Below the pieces are notes generated by a model. That model ran no database searches and was not told the DNA's origin. It saw only the letters and a list, made by a program, of their open reading frames with translations. The translations under genes and the position numbers were made by a program. Source: a candidate division WOR-3 bacterium (GTDB lineage: Bacteria > Hydrothermota > Hydrothermia > LBFQ01 > DSFT01). Taken from it: 64,000 nt of DNA. This document shows, one piece after another, positions 58,656-64,000 of the stretch. Where the stretch lies: the NCBI GenBank assembly GCA_039802865.1, contig JBDRXL010000005.1, positions 6,099-70,098 on the forward strand, in the 5' to 3' direction. The first letter of the stretch is position 1. Each line of letters begins with the position of its first letter.

Positions 58656-59135
58656 ATGAAAAGAGCAATATATCCAGGAACGTTTGACCCAATTACAAAT
58701 GGACATATAGATATTATAAAAAGGGCATTAAAACTATTTGATGAAATTATAATAGCAATTGCAGAACCAAGACATAAAAAACCTTTATTTGACCTTCAAG
58801 AAAGAATTTATTTAGCAAAAGAAAGTTTAAAAGGAATTAATAATATTCAAGTTTTAAGTTTTGATGGTTTATTAGTTGATTTTTGTAAAAAGTTAAATGT
58901 TAGTATTGTTATAAGGGGAATTAGAGCGGTTTCAGACTTTGATTATGAATTTCAAATTGCTTGGATGAATAGAAAATTATTAAGTGATATTGAAACGATA
59001 TTTTTAATGCCATCAGAAGATTATTTCTTTTTATCTTCAAGTCTTGTAAAAGAAGTCGCTATGCTTGGAGGTAATATTGATAATCTTGTGCCCCCTATTG
59101 TAAAAAAAGCCCTTTTGGATAAATTTAAAAAATAA
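58656..59135 (+). CDS. coaD: Phosphopantetheine adenylyltransferase
   Basis: YPGTFDPITNGH, RGIRAVSDFDYE, SSSLVKE. Confidence 0.96.
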   Translation: MKRAIYPGTFDPITNGHIDIIKRALKLFDEIIIAIAEPRHKKPLFDLQERIYLAKESLKGINNIQVLSFDGLLVDFCKKLNVSIVIRGIRAVSDFDYEFQIAWMNRKLLSDIETIFLMPSEDYFFLSSSLVKEVAMLGGNIDNLVPPIVKKALLDKFKK

Positions 59136-60019
59136 TGACAAACAAACAACTTGAAAATTATTTAAAAGAGCATTATAAAGATAAATATGAAAAATTTCTT
59201 GAATGGTCATTAATACCATTAAGACCAGTAATTAGGGTAAATACATTAAAAGCAGAGATTGATGATGTTTATAAAAGGCTTACAAATAAAGGATTTATAT
59301 TATCTAAAATTGATTTTATAAATTTTGCATTTAGGGTTGAATATTATCCTTATGAGATTGGTAATACTCTTGAGCATTATTTGGGTTATGTTTATGTTCA
59401 AGAGATTTCTTCAATGATACCTGCTATTCTTTTAGAACCAAAAGAGGGAGAAATAATTTTAGACCTTTGTGCTGCTCCTGGCTCAAAAACAACATTAATT
59501 TCACAATTGATGAATAATAAAGGTGTTATTATAGCTAATGATGTAAATATAGATAGAACTTCTGCCCTTGCATTTAATGTTGATAGAATGGGTTGTTTAA
59601 ATGTAATTATAACTCAATTTAAAGGTGAGATATTTTATAAGTATTATGAAAATTATTTTGATAAAGTTTTAGTAGATGTTCCTTGTTCTGCTATTGGAAC
59701 AATTCATAAAAATAAAGAGATTTTAAAATGGTGGAGTTATAAAAAAGTAAGAGAATTTTCAAAGCTACAAAAGAAACTTATTGAAAGTGGATTTTTATCA
59801 TTAAGAAAGGGTGGGATATTAATTTATTCAACATGCACAATTACAAGAGAAGAAAATGAAGAAGTTATTAATTATTTAATTAGCAAATATGAAAATGCAA
59901 AAGTTGAAAAAATTACTTTACCATTTAATGATTATTATACTGATAGTTTAAATTTAGGGGTTTATATAAGTTTTGGAGAATATGAGCCATTTTATATATG
60001 CAAAATAAAAAAATTATGA
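59135..60019 (+). CDS. RsmB/RsmF/NOP2-family RNA m5C methyltransferase
   Basis: RVNTLK, QEISSM, DLCAAPGSKT, DVPCS, YSTCT..EENE. Confidence 0.9.
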   Translation: MTNKQLENYLKEHYKDKYEKFLEWSLIPLRPVIRVNTLKAEIDDVYKRLTNKGFILSKIDFINFAFRVEYYPYEIGNTLEHYLGYVYVQEISSMIPAILLEPKEGEIILDLCAAPGSKTTLISQLMNNKGVIIANDVNIDRTSALAFNVDRMGCLNVIITQFKGEIFYKYYENYFDKVLVDVPCSAIGTIHKNKEILKWWSYKKVREFSKLQKKLIESGFLSLRKGGILIYSTCTITREENEEVINYLISKYENAKVEKITLPFNDYYTDSLNLGVYISFGEYEPFYICKIKKL

Positions 60020-61113
60020 AAGTTTTAATTCTTGGAGACTTTCAATCAAAACATACAATTTTATGGTTTAAAAGTTATTCTAAATTTTTTGAAACATATG
60101 GATTTTCCCTTCAAGAGCCAATTATAAAAGATGAAAAAATTTTTTATGTTAAACCAAAATCCCATTCAGAGAAGTTAAAATATATTTTAGCATTAAATGA
60201 ATTAAAGAAAATTTATGAAAAAATTAAACCAGATATAATTCATGCACATTTTATTCAAAATTATGGGCTTATGGCTTATTTACTAAAAAAACCTTATATA
60301 TTGTCTGTCTGGGGAAGAGATTTATTTTCAATAGCTTATAAGAAATTTAGAAATTATATTTCAAGAGAAATTTTAAAAAGTGCTAAAATTATTCATGTTG
60401 ATGCATATTCTCTTAAATGGCTTTTAGTAAATAACTTTCAGATTAATCCATTTAAAATTATAAACTTTCCATTTGGTCTTGAAAGTGAAATTTTAAATAA
60501 ACCTTTAAAGCCACTGAAAAATGATATTTTTAGAATTGTTGAATTTAGAAAGCATATAAATGAAATTTATAATCAATTAAAAATTTTAGAAGCAATAAAA
60601 GTTTTAAAGAAAAGAGGATTAAAGAATTTTGTTTTATTTTTTCTTTCAAAAGGAAAAGATAGTGAATATTATAAAAAAATTTGTATAGAATTTGGAATAA
60701 GTGATTTAGTTGAATTTAAACCTTCAACACATAGTGAGATAATGGATTTGCTTTCAGAAAGTCATATTTATATAAGTGCATCCTTTGTTGATTCAACATC
60801 AGTTTCACTTCTTGAAGCTATGAATTTTGGAGCATTTCCTATTGTCTCTGATATTTGGGCTAATTTTGAATGGGTTATAGATGATTTTAATGGTTATTTA
60901 TTTAATCCTTTAAATGAATATGATATTGCCCAAAAAATTGAAAAGGCTATGGATTTTGAAAAAATTGAAAAAGCAAGAGTTATAAATAAACAAATAGTAA
61001 AGGAAAAAGCAGATTGGGAAAAGAATTTTTATAGTTTTTTAAATTTCATAAGTTTAAATTCATTTCAAATAGATAAAAAAATTAAAGGCAAATTTCCTTG
61101 GAGTTATATTTAA
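60016..61113 (+). CDS. Glycosyltransferase family 4
   Basis: PDIIHAH, SVWGRD, SVSLLEAM..G..PIVSD. Confidence 0.85.
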   Translation: MKVLILGDFQSKHTILWFKSYSKFFETYGFSLQEPIIKDEKIFYVKPKSHSEKLKYILALNELKKIYEKIKPDIIHAHFIQNYGLMAYLLKKPYILSVWGRDLFSIAYKKFRNYISREILKSAKIIHVDAYSLKWLLVNNFQINPFKIINFPFGLESEILNKPLKPLKNDIFRIVEFRKHINEIYNQLKILEAIKVLKKRGLKNFVLFFLSKGKDSEYYKKICIEFGISDLVEFKPSTHSEIMDLLSESHIYISASFVDSTSVSLLEAMNFGAFPIVSDIWANFEWVIDDFNGYLFNPLNEYDIAQKIEKAMDFEKIEKARVINKQIVKEKADWEKNFYSFLNFISLNSFQIDKKIKGKFPWSYI

Positions 61114-61162
61114 AATTATATGGTGCTTGCCCCTTTAAAATTTTCAAGAATAGTTTTAGTGA

Positions 61163-64000
61163 ATGTTTATTATTTTAATTTCTGATTTTCAAATTCAAAA
61201 GAAGCTTTTTGAAAGATATGCCTATGTAGAAAAGCAAATCTCATTCTTCAATAGACGAATAAATCCCCTTAAATTTTACAAAAATAAATTCAATATATTC
61301 CAAACAGATACTATAACTATTTGTATATTAGCTTTAAGAGTTGAATTTCAAGAAGAAAATCCAGATGATCCCCTTACAACAGGAAATGGCTTATTTGATA
61401 CTACAAGTTATGGAACAAAAGGCACATTTGATTATAAACCCCCTTATGATAGCTTATATTTTTCATCAATTTTAGAATTTTCAAAAAATTACTTTTTATC
61501 TGCAACTTATAATAGAATTAAGTTCAAATATAGTATTTCACCAGTTATAAAAGTTCCTCACAAAATTAGATATTATGGAGATTTGAACTTCTTTGTTCAA
61601 GGTATAACATCATTTTTTAGGGATGCTATAAGAAGTGCTGACCAGATGGGAATTTTCTCAAATCAAAATTTAGCTTATTGTAATCCTCAACCAGGAGAAT
61701 TAATTTTTAGAAGAATTGCTATATTTTTTGCAGGCTCTGCATATCAAACTGATATAAATGGAGATACTCCTTATGATTTGCCAGCTCTTACAATTTTTCC
61801 TGGTGCTCTTGAATACTATCTTGGAGAGCCATATATTATAGTAAATAATGGAATTGATACAATATACGATGCAACAATATTACCACAAACATTAAGACAA
61901 GATGGAATTAATGTTGGACTTGAAGGAACAGTTATTCATGAGCTTAACCATTTAATTTTCTTTGTAGATGATTTATATGATTATACTGGAATTGGAACAG
62001 GAGCAGGATATTTTGACTTAATGGCAGTTGGTGGTTATGGTGGAGATATTGATAATATACCAGAAGGCTACCTTCCTACACTTCCTGGTGCTTATACAAA
62101 ATTATATATGGATAGTATATTAAATTTAATATGTCCAAGTTGTCAAAGAATTATTGAGCCAAATGAAATTATTGATATTCAATTAAGTTTAAATGAGCAA
62201 ATTTTTAATATACTACCATCTACATTTTATCCACAATTTTATAGAATTTTATTTGACAATAAGGAATATCTTCTTATTGAGTTTAGAAAAAGGGAAAAAA
62301 TTGAAGATAATAAAGTGGAATTTATATGGAGTAGTGATAGCTCTTATAGATTTGGTGTTAAGAATGATGAATGGGATTATGCTTTACCTGGTGAGGGAAT
62401 TTTAATATGGCACATTGATAAAAACATCATTGATTCATTTGGATTTTTATTTCAATCTAATAGACCAATGGGAGTTAGTTTGATTGAGGCAGATGGTGTC
62501 CCAGACTTTCAATATTTTATAAAATATCCAGAGGGTTGGAAGGGCTCTAAATATGACCCATTTTATAGAGGAAATAGGGATAGAATTGATGATTTTACTT
62601 ATCCTTCATTAAAAACAAATGAAAATAAAATAACAGGATTTGAAATTTATGATATTTCTAATGTTTCAAGCAATATGAGTTTTAAGGTAAGAAATCAAAA
62701 ATTATTAAAGTTATATCTTGGAAATGAAAATTATAAATTCCAAAAGCAATATATTATTTCAAAAGATAATTTCATTATGGCTTTGTTTGAAGGGCACTTA
62801 GATACAATTGACCAAAATACAAACACAGTAAGAATTTATTCGGAGTTATATTTGTTCAAATCAGATGGAAATCCTTATTATAATCAAGCCCTTGTTAAAA
62901 TATTTTTCCAAATTAGAGATTATACATTTTATCCATATTTATTCAAATATCCACCACTCATTGAAGACTTTAATAATGATGGAAATTATGAAATATATTT
63001 AGGCTCAACAGACGGGAAATTATATAGCTTTTTAATTTCAAATACGTTTTCAAATAATTATATTCAAGGTTTCAATTTTCCAATTAGAAGTTGTTTAAAA
63101 AGAATTAAAAATTACATCTTGCTTGGAACAGATGAAGGAAAACTTATATTATTTGAGCCAATTTCAAGAACAATTTTTAAATCAAAATTTCTTAACTTCC
63201 CTATCTCTACATGTTTTCAAATCAAAAACGATACAATATATTTACAAGGAATTGATGGAACATTTTATATAATTGATGATACACTTGGCATAATAAATTC
63301 AAAACAACTTGAAGTCTTACCTAAACCTATTGAAGTTATCCCAATTATATTAAAAGATAGAATTTATACTCTTACGAACAACTATCTTTGGATATTAGAT
63401 AAGAATTTAAACATTTTAAGACAAGTTGAATTAAAGGATATTGCTAAAAATTTAAGCTATTATAAAGATGGAATTTTGGTTATAACGGAAAATGGAATTT
63501 ATAAATATAATTTTGAAGGAGCTTTGATGGGTTATATAAATGAAAAAACTGCATTTGTTTTAAGTGCAGATACAAGCATTTTATTTAATTCATATGTTTT
63601 TAATTATTCAAAAGGATTTTCTGATGTTTATCCTTTATTGAAAAATTCAATTTTTGTTCATTCTGACTTAAAAAACAATATATACTTTTGGAATTTCAAT
63701 TATAGTCAATCCTTTATATCTTCCTTTTATGAATATAATGACATATCGGAGTTTCCTGTTTCAAAGAAAATTAAACTTTTGGCTTATCCAAATCCCTTAA
63801 ATTCAAATCAAAAGCTTACAATAAGATTCTATGTTGAAGAGATTAAAAGTTATAAAGTGAGAATTTTTGATTTTTCTGGAAGAATTGTATATGAACAAGA
63901 AGTAAATCCAAATTTAAAAGGAATTTATGAATTTAAAGTTGATAATAAATTTAAAAAAGGAGCATATATTGTAGAAATTGAAGGACAAACTACAAAATTT
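61163..64000 (+). CDS. Secreted M6-like zinc metalloprotease with FG-GAP/propeller region and T9SS type-A-like tail; runs off the window end
   Basis: Missing from the track because it has no stop in the window. Hand-translated open frame: ALRVEFQ..DPLTTGNG, HELNH..DDLYD (61937-61951), GILIWHID, IEADG, DFNNDG, AYPNP..RIFDFSGR..KGAYIV. Confidence 0.85.
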   Translation, partial: MFIILISDFQIQKKLFERYAYVEKQISFFNRRINPLKFYKNKFNIFQTDTITICILALRVEFQEENPDDPLTTGNGLFDTTSYGTKGTFDYKPPYDSLYFSSILEFSKNYFLSATYNRIKFKYSISPVIKVPHKIRYYGDLNFFVQGITSFFRDAIRSADQMGIFSNQNLAYCNPQPGELIFRRIAIFFAGSAYQTDINGDTPYDLPALTIFPGALEYYLGEPYIIVNNGIDTIYDATILPQTLRQDGINVGLEGTVIHELNHLIFFVDDLYDYTGIGTGAGYFDLMAVGGYGGDIDNIPEGYLPTLPGAYTKLYMDSILNLICPSCQRIIEPNEIIDIQLSLNEQIFNILPSTFYPQFYRILFDNKEYLLIEFRKREKIEDNKVEFIWSSDSSYRFGVKNDEWDYALPGEGILIWHIDKNIIDSFGFLFQSNRPMGVSLIEADGVPDFQYFIKYPEGWKGSKYDPFYRGNRDRIDDFTYPSLKTNENKITGFEIYDISNVSSNMSFKVRNQKLLKLYLGNENYKFQKQYIISKDNFIMALFEGHLDTIDQNTNTVRIYSELYLFKSDGNPYYNQALVKIFFQIRDYTFYPYLFKYPPLIEDFNNDGNYEIYLGSTDGKLYSFLISNTFSNNYIQGFNFPIRSCLKRIKNYILLGTDEGKLILFEPISRTIFKSKFLNFPISTCFQIKNDTIYLQGIDGTFYIIDDTLGIINSKQLEVLPKPIEVIPIILKDRIYTLTNNYLWILDKNLNILRQVELKDIAKNLSYYKDGILVITENGIYKYNFEGALMGYINEKTAFVLSADTSILFNSYVFNYSKGFSDVYPLLKNSIFVHSDLKNNIYFWNFNYSQSFISSFYEYNDISEFPVSKKIKLLAYPNPLNSNQKLTIRFYVEEIKSYKVRIFDFSGRIVYEQEVNPNLKGIYEFKVDNKFKKGAYIVEIEGQTTKF

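Noticed and set aside
1013-62405. Numerous short ORFs on the opposite strand or in other frames (e.g. 1013-1303, 9414-9695, 20782-21071, 28647-28940, 39516-39869, 62193-62405)
   Set aside because: They lie within well-supported genes, have no motifs and show the composition expected of shadow frames.

Overview
Very AT-rich chromosomal window from a compact, probably thermophilic diderm bacterium. Clues to lifestyle are the protein disulfide oxidoreductase, Trm1, tRNA genes without encoded CCA, and secreted proteins with T9SS-like tails; this would fit an FCB-adjacent lineage such as WOR-3, but the taxonomy is inference only. About 60 housekeeping genes are recognisable (plsY, plsX, rpmF, nadA, hup, mgtE, topA, E1-alpha, mtaD, an EF-G paralog, rfbD, cdd, pstCA, ribF, ftsE, ptsH/ptsI, murF, trm1, ftsZ, ftsA, murB, coaD), plus three tRNA genes. 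Three restriction-modification cassettes are present, each damaged. The main unexplained structures are: (1) R-M cassettes flanked by 19-29 bp direct repeats that duplicate the -10 box of the downstream host gene and, in two cases, its start codon and first codons; (2) a pervasive leaderless architecture, TAnnnT 6-7 nt before the start codon with no SD; (3) a perfect 15-bp inverted repeat enclosing the hup transcript; (4) tRNA genes that overlap a stop codon or end 2-3 nt before a start codon; (5) exported proteins with hydrophobic N-termini of only about 8 residues. No CRISPR array, rRNA or transposase was seen. All motif calls are by eye; no searches were run.
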